64,000 nucleotides of DNA from an uncultured Candidatus Saccharibacteria bacterium (GTDB taxonomy: Bacteria; Patescibacteriota; Saccharimonadia; Saccharimonadales; UBA7683), in NCBI GenBank assembly GCA_964632215.1, contig CAZWBG010000002.1:8561-72560 (forward strand), read 5' to 3'. Made by a program: the position numbers and the translations under genes. The notes under the pieces are model-generated. The model did no database searches. It saw only the letters and a list, made by a program, of their open reading frames with translations, and was not told where the DNA came from. Positions 34,918-44,695 of the stretch are shown here, piece after piece; positions within the stretch are counted from its first letter, which is position 1, and every line of letters begins with the position of its first letter.

Positions 34918-37512
34918 TTACTTATGGCCTTTGCGTCGCTGACGTTGAACCTTCTTCTTTTTACGTAGAGCTTCTTTGGTTTTGCTTGCAGGAATCTTCA
35001 CTTTTTTAACAACTTGTCCGTCAAAATCCTCAGCACTAGTGGCAACACCCGTTGTAATTTGGTTTGCGTTGTCAGTTGCCTGCTTAGCTGCACGAGTTAG
35101 CTCAGTTTCTACTGCCCGATTAATCATATGTGGCTGCAAGTGGTTTAGACCACGCACCACTTCAAGTCTCAGTGTAGACTGCATCTGTTCAAAAATACTC
35201 TGTCCCTCACGACGATATTCTACAAGCGGATCCTTCTGCCCAATCGAACGCCAGCCTATGCCAGCACGGAGATGTTCCATATTTTCAAGATGTTCCATCC
35301 ATAACTGGTCAAGTACTTGTAGCAGTGCTTCGCGCTCAACTTCACGCATCAATTCAGTACCTAAAGCTTCTTCACGATCAACATAAAGTTCGTAGCCATA
35401 CTCTTTGAAACGCTTGGTTCGTTCTTTTTGGTCCTCAGTTGCCTTGAGATCCTTCAGTTGCTTTTCGCTGAATGGGAATACAGTCTGGAGTTCTCGGTAG
35501 AATTCTTTGTAGTCCAGTGGTGTGATTTCTGACCAAGCGGCCGCCTCAGCCTCCACCATTTGGCGAATCTGTTTAGATATATCTTCACTCATGAGCGCTC
35601 GGCGACGAATTGTATAAACTGCTTTTCGGTGTCGGTTCATGACATCATCGTACTGCACGACGTTCTTACGAGTATCAAAGTTGTAGCCTTCAACTTTTTT
35701 CTGGGCGTTCTCAAGTGTACGACTGACGGCTCGGTTTTCGATCGGCTGGTCTTCGGCTACACCGAGTCGTTCCATAAGATTACGAATTCTATCGCCACCG
35801 AAGATACGCATCAAATCATCTTCACAGCTCACATAAAACTGTGTCATACCAGGATCACCCTGGCGTCCACAGCGACCGCGTAGCTGGTTATCAATTCGTC
35901 GTGATTCATGACGTTCGGAACCAAGTACCACTAGTCCACCAAGCTCTTTAACACCATCAGCTAGAACGATGTCCGTACCACGGCCTGCGATGTTAGTCGC
36001 CAAGGTTACGGCACCCTTTTGGCCAGCCTTTGCAACAATCGCTGCTTCGCCTTCGTTATTCTTCGCGTTCAAAACCTGATGTGGCACTTTAGCCGCAGTA
36101 AGTAAGTCTGAGAGTACCTCGTTCTTTTCAATTGAGACGGTACCGATTAAAACTGGCTGACCTTTCTTATGCAGTTCTTTCACTTCACTCACCAGTGCTT
36201 TAAACTTACCGACTTCAGTTTTATAAATACGATCAGTTCTATCATCACGAATGATTTTTCTGTTTGAAGGAATCTGAATTACATCAATGCCATAAATTTG
36301 GTTGAACTCTTCTTCTTCGGTTGCAGCCGTACCAGTCATACCTGAGAGTTTTTCATACAGTCTAAAGTAATTTTGGAAGGAAATAGTTGCAAGCGTCATG
36401 CTTTCTTGCTGCACCTCGACACCCTCTTTAGCTTCAATTGCCTGGTGCAAACCCTCGTTGTAACGGCGACCATGCATTAAGCGCCCAGTAAACTCATCTA
36501 CGATGACTATTTCGCCATCTTTGGTGACAACATACTCTTTGTCTCTATGGAATAAGGTTTGAGCCTTAAGCGCTTGGTCGATATGATAGATGAGTTTAAT
36601 ATGTTCAGGATCGTAAAGGTTTTCTACCTTGAGAAGTTTCTGAATCTTCTCCACTCCCTCATCGTTAAGAGCCACAGAACGGCGTTTTTCATCCAATTCG
36701 TAATCTTCAGGTTGCAATTTGCGGACCACATCAGAAAAAGTTGTGTAACCTGCACCACTCTCCATGGAAGGCGCTGAAATAATAAGTGGTGTACGAGCCT
36801 CATCGATCAAGATAGAGTCTACCTCATCAACAATGGCAAAATTTAGCTCACGCTGACGTAGGTTCTCGTGCGTATTCACCATATTGTCGCGTAGATAATC
36901 AAAGCCAAATTCATTATTTGTTCCGTAGGTAATATCCGCCGCATAGGCTTCTTTGCGCGTACAAGGTCGAAGGTGCCTTAAGCGCTCGTCACTGTGATCT
37001 TCATTTTCAAACTCAGGGTCATATACAAAAGACTGTTCCGCGATAATGACACCGACCTGTAAGCCGAGTGCAGTATACAGAGCGCCCATCCAGCCAGCAT
37101 CACGCTGAGCTAGGTAGTCGTTTACAGTCACTACATGCGTTCCCTTACCTGAGAGCGCGTTTAAATACACTGGCGCAGTTGCGACCAGCGTCTTACCTTC
37201 ACCAGTCTTCATCTCTGCTACATTACCCTCGTGCAGAGCCATGCCACCTATAAGTTGCACATCGAAGTGCCGCATACCTAGCACCTTCATTGATGCTGCA
37301 CGTACAACCGCAAACGCATCAGGTAGCAGTGCTTCAAGATCTTTTTTATTTTTTAACTGTTTTTTAAATAGATCCGTTTGTTGAGCAAGCTTCTCGATAC
37401 TCATCTTCTTATACGTCGGCTCAAGATCATTAATCTTGGCTACTTGTTTTTTAAAACGCTTGAGTGTTTTAGCCTGTGGGTCACCTAAAATCTTAGTCAG
37501 ATACTTCTTCAT
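34918..37512 (-). CDS. secA: Preprotein translocase ATPase SecA
   Basis: 864 aa. MKTGEGKTLVA Walker A, DEVDSILIDEARTPLIIS DEAD-like motif, basic C-terminal tail. Confidence 0.98.
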   Translation of the reverse strand: MKKYLTKILGDPQAKTLKRFKKQVAKINDLEPTYKKMSIEKLAQQTDLFKKQLKNKKDLEALLPDAFAVVRAASMKVLGMRHFDVQLIGGMALHEGNVAEMKTGEGKTLVATAPVYLNALSGKGTHVVTVNDYLAQRDAGWMGALYTALGLQVGVIIAEQSFVYDPEFENEDHSDERLRHLRPCTRKEAYAADITYGTNNEFGFDYLRDNMVNTHENLRQRELNFAIVDEVDSILIDEARTPLIISAPSMESGAGYTTFSDVVRKLQPEDYELDEKRRSVALNDEGVEKIQKLLKVENLYDPEHIKLIYHIDQALKAQTLFHRDKEYVVTKDGEIVIVDEFTGRLMHGRRYNEGLHQAIEAKEGVEVQQESMTLATISFQNYFRLYEKLSGMTGTAATEEEEFNQIYGIDVIQIPSNRKIIRDDRTDRIYKTEVGKFKALVSEVKELHKKGQPVLIGTVSIEKNEVLSDLLTAAKVPHQVLNAKNNEGEAAIVAKAGQKGAVTLATNIAGRGTDIVLADGVKELGGLVVLGSERHESRRIDNQLRGRCGRQGDPGMTQFYVSCEDDLMRIFGGDRIRNLMERLGVAEDQPIENRAVSRTLENAQKKVEGYNFDTRKNVVQYDDVMNRHRKAVYTIRRRALMSEDISKQIRQMVEAEAAAWSEITPLDYKEFYRELQTVFPFSEKQLKDLKATEDQKERTKRFKEYGYELYVDREEALGTELMREVEREALLQVLDQLWMEHLENMEHLRAGIGWRSIGQKDPLVEYRREGQSIFEQMQSTLRLEVVRGLNHLQPHMINRAVETELTRAAKQATDNANQITTGVATSAEDFDGQVVKKVKIPASKTKEALRKKKKVQRQRRKGHK

Positions 37513-37600
37513 GTAATACTCATCCCTCTCTTGCTAAAGCTGCAAATATAACCTTACCATTGTACCCTAAAGTAAGAGTAATTTCGAGGCATTCGTTTAC

Positions 37601-37969
37601 TTATGAATTACGTTCGTTACGGAAGAATCGGCGTAAAACTCCGCGATGATCACTCCGTTTACCACCATGCGTATCTTTATATTTTTTTAGTTGACTCTTG
37701 ATCTTGGTTTCTACAATATCAACTGCTGCAAACATGTTTACCGTGGCTTCCTTGGCAGTTAGTTGTTGCTCGGGTAGATGCATAATAATTTCGCATTCGT
37801 TTTTATCATTTTTGGTGGTTCGCTCCGTTAAGGTAACTTCAACATGAAGACTCTCTCGGGCATGACGTGGCACAAAACGGTCTAACCGACCGATCTTTTT
37901 AAGAACATACTTCTTCAGATCTTCGCCTACTTCGTAGTGCACACCACTTACTGTTATTCGTGTAATCAT
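37601..37969 (-). CDS. hpf: Ribosome hibernation promoting factor / RaiA family
   Basis: MITRITVSGVHYEVGEDLKKYVLKKIGRLDRF and AAVDIVETKIKSQLKKYK. The hpf-secA synteny is common in Gram-positive bacteria. Confidence 0.85.
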   Translation of the reverse strand: MITRITVSGVHYEVGEDLKKYVLKKIGRLDRFVPRHARESLHVEVTLTERTTKNDKNECEIIMHLPEQQLTAKEATVNMFAAVDIVETKIKSQLKKYKDTHGGKRSDHRGVLRRFFRNERNS

Positions 37970-37984
37970 ATCATCTCCTTTTTG

Positions 37985-39235
37985 TTAGATTGTCTTTTTT
38001 CCACCCATGAACCGCTGCAAAGGAGCGGGAATCTGCACCGATCCATCAGCCTGCTGAAAATTCTCGATCAGTGCAATTGGACCTCGGCTCGTCACCATGG
38101 CCGTGCCGTTAAGGGTGTGTACGTAGTCGGTTTCACCCGTCGCTTTTCGGTAACGAATATTTAGTCGCCTTGCCTGATAGTCGGTTACATTCGAGCAACT
38201 CATAAGTTCACGGTACGCACCCTCGACGGGACTCCAGTACTCAACATCAAACTTTTTATAGGCCGGAGCACCAAGGTCGGCACTGGCTATTCTCAGTAAT
38301 TGATACGGAATCTCTAACTTCTGGCAAATCTCTTCTTCAATTTGTACGAGCTTTTCATGCCATTCTTCACTTTCTTCAGGTACGCAAAATACATACAGCT
38401 CAACTTTATAAAATTGATGAACTCGGTAGAGTCCTTTGCTATGCTTGCCATACGCCCCGGCCTCGAGCCTATAGCAAGGACTCCACCCAGCATATAGTAT
38501 TGGCTTACCTGGTTCGAGCTCAAGGATCTCGTCTTTATGATAAGCAGTTAAGGGGATCTCCGCAGTTGCAATAAGATGTAAATCTTCTTCGGTGACAGTA
38601 TAGATTTGCCGCTCTTCACCACGAGGTGAATAACCAGTTCCATGAATAACCTCGCTATTAACCATATGTGGCACCGACATCGTCTCAAAACCGTATTCAT
38701 TTGCAACCGAAAGTGCATACTGAATTAATCCGAGCTCAAGCTGCGCCAGGCTACCTTTAGAGTAATAGAATTTACTACCTGCAACTTTGGCACCACGTTC
38801 AAAATCTACGAGACGTCTTTTTTCCAACCATGTGAGGTGATCTTCTGTCTCTTCTTTTTTCTCAGCTACACCCCAAGTCTTTACGGGTGTATTTGCCTCT
38901 TCCCCACCCAAAGGCGTGTCTTCGGCAAAGAGGTTAGGTACTTCAGCCAAGAGCAGCTCATATTCGTGTTGAATAGGATCCATTTTAGTCTCAAGTGTTA
39001 CGAGCACTTCTTTGATTCGACGACCTTCAGCTATCAGCTCCGATGAGGGTTGTCCGTTTTTCTGCTGAGCCGCAGTCTCATTACGCTCTTTACGAAGCTT
39101 CTCTACTTCTTGCAAAAGCTCGCGACGCCTTTCATCAAGCGTAAGTAGTCCATCAATATCAACTTGAATGTTTTTCTGCTGAGCCGCATCTCTTACTTTT
39201 TGGTGATTTTCTCGAATGTACTGAATATCTAGCAT
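37985..39235 (-). CDS. serS: Serine--tRNA ligase
   Basis: MLDIQYIRENHQKVRDAAQQK, an N-terminal coiled-coil arm, and class II motifs (YRVHQFYKVE, GTAMVTSR). Confidence 0.95.
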   Translation of the reverse strand: MLDIQYIRENHQKVRDAAQQKNIQVDIDGLLTLDERRRELLQEVEKLRKERNETAAQQKNGQPSSELIAEGRRIKEVLVTLETKMDPIQHEYELLLAEVPNLFAEDTPLGGEEANTPVKTWGVAEKKEETEDHLTWLEKRRLVDFERGAKVAGSKFYYSKGSLAQLELGLIQYALSVANEYGFETMSVPHMVNSEVIHGTGYSPRGEERQIYTVTEEDLHLIATAEIPLTAYHKDEILELEPGKPILYAGWSPCYRLEAGAYGKHSKGLYRVHQFYKVELYVFCVPEESEEWHEKLVQIEEEICQKLEIPYQLLRIASADLGAPAYKKFDVEYWSPVEGAYRELMSCSNVTDYQARRLNIRYRKATGETDYVHTLNGTAMVTSRGPIALIENFQQADGSVQIPAPLQRFMGGKKTI

Positions 39236-39272
39236 ACCTCTAGTATAGCCTACCCTGCCCGCTTGAGGCTAT

Positions 39273-39304
39273 AAAAAGAACCAGCTTTTTTAGCTGGTTC
39301 TTTT
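39273..39304. terminator. Bidirectional rho-independent terminator (functional sense: minus strand)
   Basis: AAAAA-GAACCAGCT-TTTTT-AGCTGGTTC-TTTT. 9-bp stem extendable by A/T pairs. Sits between the 393-aa gene and serS. Confidence 0.75.
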
Positions 39305-39383
39305 CCTGTTTGTTTTACGCATCTGAGCGAGTTACATAACAGCTTATCTAAAAGTAGCGGCTCAAGGCTACTTCGGGCAACAT

Positions 39384-40565
39384 TTATTGAGTACGTGGAC
39401 TAATTGCAGCTCCTATAAGCAGGTTAGTCATCACGGTCTCAAAATCTTTTTTAAGTTCAGTTACTGGAATCGCGCCCTCTGGAGCAGCCACTGTTACGTC
39501 TTTGGCATTTAATGTTACGCTTGTGTCCAGTACTGCGTTTACACTACCATTCTCATAAGTGACCTTGAGTCTGGTTGGATCATGAGACTTCTTGCTTACC
39601 CAAAGCTCAACCGTTGGCTGTGGCCCATTATTTTGCCCCTTTGTAGACTGAACGGTTTTAGCGATTGGATCCGAACAAGCCTTCAAACCGCTGAGTGAAG
39701 GAAGAGCCGTAACCTGGTTCGTAAACTCACTGGCTGCTGCTTCGTTAAATTGCAACTTGTAATGAAAGCTATTTTGGCCATTGATACTCTCGCTTGGTAG
39801 CGTCTCAGATACTGTGGCAAATTGGTTTGCTTTAAATATCTTCTTTATCTCTTTACTATCTTGCTTACTAATCTGCAGACCTTCTACTGCACTAGTACAA
39901 TCATCTACTTGGTCGGTATTTGCACCAAACTGTTGTAGATCATTCGGAGCAATCTTTACCCAACTACCATCAAGCTTACCAATGAGTGGTTCAAATACTA
40001 CAACCACCGACTTAGCTGATTCAGCAGTTGCACTCGTTCCAGTAGTTAACTTTAAGACATCACGAAGATTGTTGATTTTAAAGTAGTAAGTACCATCATT
40101 CAAAGCAATAACACTACCATCAACATTAAGGGTCATTGCACCAAATTGAAGAGCAATCTTGGCGTTCATCTCACCATTCTGATTGGTTGTAGCACTGTCG
40201 AAAGCAATAGTAGCCTTGACCTCTTGTTTGTCTAGCATACCACTGATTGTCAAAATACCATCAGTTACCGTTGGCGTACTGTTGATGCTCGCATTTGCAG
40301 TATTGACCAGAGCATCGGCTAATACCTTCTCTGGTTTACTGTTGAGAGTCGTCCAATATGCGAACGCGCCGCCGCCAAGAAGCAACAAAACCACAACAGT
40401 TATCAAGATGATAATAAACGGCTTTTTACTCTTCTTCGGCTTTTGCGGCACACCCGTGCTCACGAAGGGGCTATCTGAGGTTTGCGCTGGAGTGACAGCC
40501 TTCGGCGTCTCACTACTCTGCCCCACGCTCTTGTCTGTCGCTTGATTAGCTTGTCTGTCATCCAT
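39384..40565 (-). CDS. Hypothetical N-terminally membrane-anchored secreted protein (393 aa)
   Basis: ORF track. Low-complexity N-terminus, one TM segment (FIIILITVVVLLLLGGGAFAYW), GAGGAGGG Shine-Dalgarno upstream. Confidence 0.65.
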   Translation of the reverse strand: MDDRQANQATDKSVGQSSETPKAVTPAQTSDSPFVSTGVPQKPKKSKKPFIIILITVVVLLLLGGGAFAYWTTLNSKPEKVLADALVNTANASINSTPTVTDGILTISGMLDKQEVKATIAFDSATTNQNGEMNAKIALQFGAMTLNVDGSVIALNDGTYYFKINNLRDVLKLTTGTSATAESAKSVVVVFEPLIGKLDGSWVKIAPNDLQQFGANTDQVDDCTSAVEGLQISKQDSKEIKKIFKANQFATVSETLPSESINGQNSFHYKLQFNEAAASEFTNQVTALPSLSGLKACSDPIAKTVQSTKGQNNGPQPTVELWVSKKSHDPTRLKVTYENGSVNAVLDTSVTLNAKDVTVAAPEGAIPVTELKKDFETVMTNLLIGAAISPRTQ

Positions 40566-40638
40566 AAACCCTCCTCAGTTGAAATTACTTTTAGTATAAC
40601 CACTATGCCGTGTACATGCAAACTAGACCTACGGCTTT

Positions 40639-40941
40639 TTATTCCGTAATTTCAATACCGTGCCAGAAGGCCACATAGTTAGCAAAATCTTTACCAACTC
40701 GCTCTACTGAACCTTCCTTAGGATGTTCGTAGTACCATGCAGCGTCCTCATTTATGTCTTCGTCAACATTAACTGTATAGTAGCTCGCCTCGCCTTTCCA
40801 GGGGCATATCGTGTGAGTCTCACTCTCTTCAAAAAATTCAGCCCGTATGGACTTTGGTGGAAAATACCAATTCCCCTCAATCCGAATTAAATCCGCTTGA
40901 TCTGCCTCTGCAATAACCTGCCCGTTCCATGCTGCTCTCAT
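40639..40941 (-). CDS. DUF427 domain protein
   Basis: AAWNGQVIAEAD...IEGNWYFPP...THTICPWKGEASYY...AAWYYEHPK...VAFW matches the DUF427 pattern as I recall it. Confidence 0.8.
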   Translation of the reverse strand: MRAAWNGQVIAEADQADLIRIEGNWYFPPKSIRAEFFEESETHTICPWKGEASYYTVNVDEDINEDAAWYYEHPKEGSVERVGKDFANYVAFWHGIEITE

Positions 40942-40974
40942 ATTATCCTCCAGAATATTATGATTATGAATACC

Positions 40975-42288
40975 TTAATTATATCGTATAGAGCAAAAAG
41001 CACGCAGCCGCTGGGTCACGAACCACCCCATACCTATAATGCCCACGCCGCCCGTGACGTAGCCCAATAACACCACGGAATTAGTATTACTTCCAGTTTG
41101 AGCCAAACTTCTCTCATCCACCGTACTGATAATATACACTTCGTTAATAGTACAAAGCTGAGCACTAGCAATCGAACATATTTGATAGCTATAGCTATCT
41201 GAGCCTGCAAAATTCTGGTTTGGAGTATAAGTTATCACACCAGTAGTTGGATCTACCGCGGCACTACCATGCCGTGGCAAGGTCAGTACAGTGATCGATG
41301 CAAGGTTGATGTCTGCATAGACATCAGTCGTATTGCTAAATACATTAAAGCTCACAGCTTCGCCGTTATGTGACATAAGGGTAGGATTTTCTTGCAGACT
41401 CGCGGGAGGGATGGTGAGTGGTTGAATATGCGGATTATTATCATCAAATGTGTTATTAGTAAGACGCACTTGATCAGAGCCATCGGCATTCATCAGGTAA
41501 ATCTCGTTGTTACCATCTCTAACCGATCGGAAAACGATCTTAGTATCATCTGGGGAGAAATCAGGTACTGAATCAACACCCGTATAAAAGGTAACACGAA
41601 CTATATTACTGCCGTCAGCCTTGGCCGTAAATATTTCCTGGTCTCCACTGGCAGCGGTGTTGTATGTTATTTTCGTGCTATCAGGAGACCAAGACGGATT
41701 ATTACCTCCTGCGATTGCCGTCTCATCAGTGCCAGTCGGAGAAATAGTTCGCAATCCCCCTGCTCTCTGAAATAGTATTTTAGTACCGTCAGGCGACCAA
41801 GCAGGGTTAACGTCTGCGCCGCCGTTGTTAGTGATACGCGTCTGATTAGAGCCATTACTGTTCATAGTGTAGATTTCATCATTACCATCCCGGTTTGATA
41901 CGAAAACAATTTCCGTTCCATCTGGCGAAAACGCAGCACTACTGTCACTAGCTGGATTATTGGTAATCCTGGTCTGATTTGAACCATCCGCATCCATAAT
42001 GTAAATTTCACCATTACCATCCCGAAAAGAAGTAAACACGATCTGAGTACCATCAGGTGACCAGTTCGCATTACTCTCCCCGCTTGGATTATTTGTCAGG
42101 TTCGTCACTCCAGAACCATCAAGGTTCATCGTATAGATCTCATAATTACCGCTGCTGCGATTAGAATGAAATACAATTTTACCATTGAGACCAGGAAAGG
42201 CTGCATGAGCTGACTGCATTGGCACGAAAGTCATAAGCAAGACTAGAACAGATGCGGCGGCTGTTAATTTTTTGAATAATTGTTTCAT
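40975..42288 (-). CDS. Cell-wall-anchored TolB-like beta-propeller protein (PD40 repeats + Ig-like domain + LAQTG sorting signal)
   Basis: Signal peptide; about 7 repeats of the form N.ASDS.PAFSPDGT.IVF.S.RDGN.EIY.M..DGSNQTRLT; C-terminal SLAQTG followed by a hydrophobic stretch and RLR. Confidence 0.85.
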   Translation of the reverse strand: MKQLFKKLTAAASVLVLLMTFVPMQSAHAAFPGLNGKIVFHSNRSSGNYEIYTMNLDGSGVTNLTNNPSGESNANWSPDGTQIVFTSFRDGNGEIYIMDADGSNQTRITNNPASDSSAAFSPDGTEIVFVSNRDGNDEIYTMNSNGSNQTRITNNGGADVNPAWSPDGTKILFQRAGGLRTISPTGTDETAIAGGNNPSWSPDSTKITYNTAASGDQEIFTAKADGSNIVRVTFYTGVDSVPDFSPDDTKIVFRSVRDGNNEIYLMNADGSDQVRLTNNTFDDNNPHIQPLTIPPASLQENPTLMSHNGEAVSFNVFSNTTDVYADINLASITVLTLPRHGSAAVDPTTGVITYTPNQNFAGSDSYSYQICSIASAQLCTINEVYIISTVDERSLAQTGSNTNSVVLLGYVTGGVGIIGMGWFVTQRLRAFCSIRYN

Positions 42289-42641
42289 GTTGCCCTCTTA
42301 CAAATCTATGTGTTTATATTATCACGCTTATGTAGGATTGTTAACGTTTTTTCCATACCCCACCTTTCGTGACTCGTTCTTTTCTACTATATGTCTGGGG
42401 GACGGATTTGAGCCAAAACAAAAAGCCCGCTAGCTAGTGACTAAAGCCACCCATAGTCACTTCCAACTATAACCCTGGCCTTCTCTACTAATTGGTGAAT
42501 ACTCAGATTAAGTCATACTAAAATGTCGGGTACAAACATGTATCAAGAGAACCTAAAAATATAAATTATCCCACATACTTGAAATATAATCAAACATTAA
42601 TACAAGAGCTCAATAGATGGTTTAGCACTAAACCAAGGGTA

Positions 42642-44612
42642 CTATTTCCAGAGTTGGAAGCTTTTGGTGAGTGATTCTATCTCTTCATTTGTACCGAATA
42701 CACCGACTCCGTAAAAAGTGGTGTCGGACTCAACTTGATCCTTCAGACGATTCGTAATTACTAAGTCATCTGTAGTATCTTGCATTTCTTTAATGAAAAC
42801 GTGGTGCTTCACATGTGCCTGCTCGGCCTTGGACAATACTTTATGTAGTTCTTTTTCACTGGCTCGCTTAATAACAATCGGGTACTGGCTATTACGAGGT
42901 AACTTTTTACCATCAGCCGTTACAAAATACTCACCCGTATCAAACTGTTCTTTTGGAATACTATTACCAATATAGGCGCTCATATGTGCCACAGCATTAG
43001 CCATTTGCCAGGGTTCGAGTTCTTTATTTACCAAAATGACAGCTCGTTTACTAAAGTCTTGTATTTTGGTGTGCGTATCACTCGTTTCGCTTTCATTCCA
43101 GATTTGTGGATAGATAGCTTTTGTCACCTGGTCTACCTCGCTACGCAGTTGCGGAAACGGCACTCCCTCACGAGCAGTCACACCCTCGAGTATCCAAAAT
43201 AGTCGCTCTGCGTAACCAAAGCCACAGGCTGGCGGCATACCATATTCCAGCATTTCTACGAAATCGATATCCAGCATCTGAGCCTCGTCGTCACCAGCGT
43301 CACGCATGGCCTGCTGGTCTAAGAAGCGCCCCAGTTGATCTATTGGATCGTTTAGCTCAGAGTAAGCCTTGCAAGCCTCTGTACCACCTAAAATAAGGTT
43401 AAACTGTTCAGTTAGCAGCGGGTTAGCTTCCTGCAATTTAGCCAACGGCTGTAAAAATGCTGGTACATCTACCAAAAAAGCAGGTCCTGGGAGCTCTACT
43501 CGAATCTTCTTCCAGAGCTTATCAAGTCCACGAGCAGCACTATCAGTTTTTTCTACCTCAAGTTTGTGCTCTTTTAGCTTTGTTTGCACCTCTAAGATAT
43601 CAGTATCAAAAATATCTATGTCGTACTTTTCTTTAATCACTTCTACAAAACTAATTTTCGGCCAATCTTCTCCGTCTTTGCCAAGATCTATAGTCTGGCC
43701 ATTAAGCAGCGTAAACTGGCGAGTTCCCCATGCTTTGTCTGCCACAAACCGTACTAGCCGCTGCGTAAGCTCCATACCCTGTTGCCAATCAGCATAAGCC
43801 CAGTACCACTCCATAGCGATATGCTCAGGCAAGTGTTCGTCCGAGTAGTTCTCGTTACGAAAACGCGGGCCGATATCAAAGACTTTCTCATAGCCACCGC
43901 CCAATAAACGCTTTAGCGGCAGTTCGTGCGAGATTCGCAAATAAAAATCTTGATCGAGCGCATCCATATGCGTCACGAAAGGGTTGGCATCTGCTCCACC
44001 AGTAGTGTGCTCTAGTACTGGGATATTAATTTCTACAAAACCATCCTGCAGCAAGAAATCACGAGTTGCTTGCCAAAACTTAGAACGTCGCAAAAACCGC
44101 TCGTAAACATCGGGGTTCACATTAGTGTCAATGTAACGACGACGCAAACGCTCTTCTTTATTTGTAAAACCATCTTGAGTAGTCGGCATTGGCCGTAAAG
44201 ATTTAGTCAGCAAACGAATCGTCTTAACTTCAATCGAAATCTCGCCAGTTTTACTTTTAATAATCGGACCAGTGGCCTCAATAAAATCACCGCTGTCGAG
44301 CAAATTTAGGTGCTCAAGGCCGACCTGGCTATTAGCGGCAAGCGTTGGCTCTACGTTCCCTTCTTTAAGAAAGAGCTGGAGTTGACCAGAAGCATCTTTA
44401 AATACTATAAAAGCCAGCTTTCCAAATTTACGGATACCGATAATTCGGCCTGCTACTGTTGCCTCTTGGCCTTCAAGCTTGTCAAAGGTGCTAGTAATCT
44501 CGCCGGCCATATGAGTACGACGGGTTTTTGCGGGATATGGATTAATATCAAGCTTACGCAGCTCTTCAAGCTTACGCAGTCGTTCATCTCTGAGTTCTTT
44601 TAGATTTGCCAA
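42642..44612 (-). CDS. lysS: Lysine--tRNA ligase (class II) fused to a C-terminal DUF2000-like domain
   Basis: The LysRS core spans residues 1 to ~490 (OB fold; class II motifs FRNE, GGTEACKAYSELNDP, GFGYAERL). Residues ~521-656, KRAVILVNKELEPWQMANAVAHMSAY...FYGVGVFGTNEEIESLTKSFQLW, resemble DUF2000. Confidence 0.9.
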   Translation of the reverse strand: MANLKELRDERLRKLEELRKLDINPYPAKTRRTHMAGEITSTFDKLEGQEATVAGRIIGIRKFGKLAFIVFKDASGQLQLFLKEGNVEPTLAANSQVGLEHLNLLDSGDFIEATGPIIKSKTGEISIEVKTIRLLTKSLRPMPTTQDGFTNKEERLRRRYIDTNVNPDVYERFLRRSKFWQATRDFLLQDGFVEINIPVLEHTTGGADANPFVTHMDALDQDFYLRISHELPLKRLLGGGYEKVFDIGPRFRNENYSDEHLPEHIAMEWYWAYADWQQGMELTQRLVRFVADKAWGTRQFTLLNGQTIDLGKDGEDWPKISFVEVIKEKYDIDIFDTDILEVQTKLKEHKLEVEKTDSAARGLDKLWKKIRVELPGPAFLVDVPAFLQPLAKLQEANPLLTEQFNLILGGTEACKAYSELNDPIDQLGRFLDQQAMRDAGDDEAQMLDIDFVEMLEYGMPPACGFGYAERLFWILEGVTAREGVPFPQLRSEVDQVTKAIYPQIWNESETSDTHTKIQDFSKRAVILVNKELEPWQMANAVAHMSAYIGNSIPKEQFDTGEYFVTADGKKLPRNSQYPIVIKRASEKELHKVLSKAEQAHVKHHVFIKEMQDTTDDLVITNRLKDQVESDTTFYGVGVFGTNEEIESLTKSFQLWK

Positions 44613-44695
44613 GTGGTTTCCTTTCTCGTCTCAAACATTATACCACCTCTTGAGGAAGCGTCTACTCATCTGTGATATTATGAAACATAAGAATT

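Noticed and set aside
42618-42635. Palindrome tggtttag-ca-ctaaacca immediately after the lysS stop, considered as a terminator.
   Set aside because: The loop is too small (2 nt) and the downstream U-tract is weak. It may contribute to termination, but it is not convincing enough to call as a feature.
42289-42641. tRNA/tmRNA-like start GGGGGACGGATTTGAGCC at about 42397.
   Set aside because: There is no T-arm consensus (GGTTCRAnnCC), no cloverleaf pairing partners, and no tmRNA 3' end. A chance resemblance is likely.
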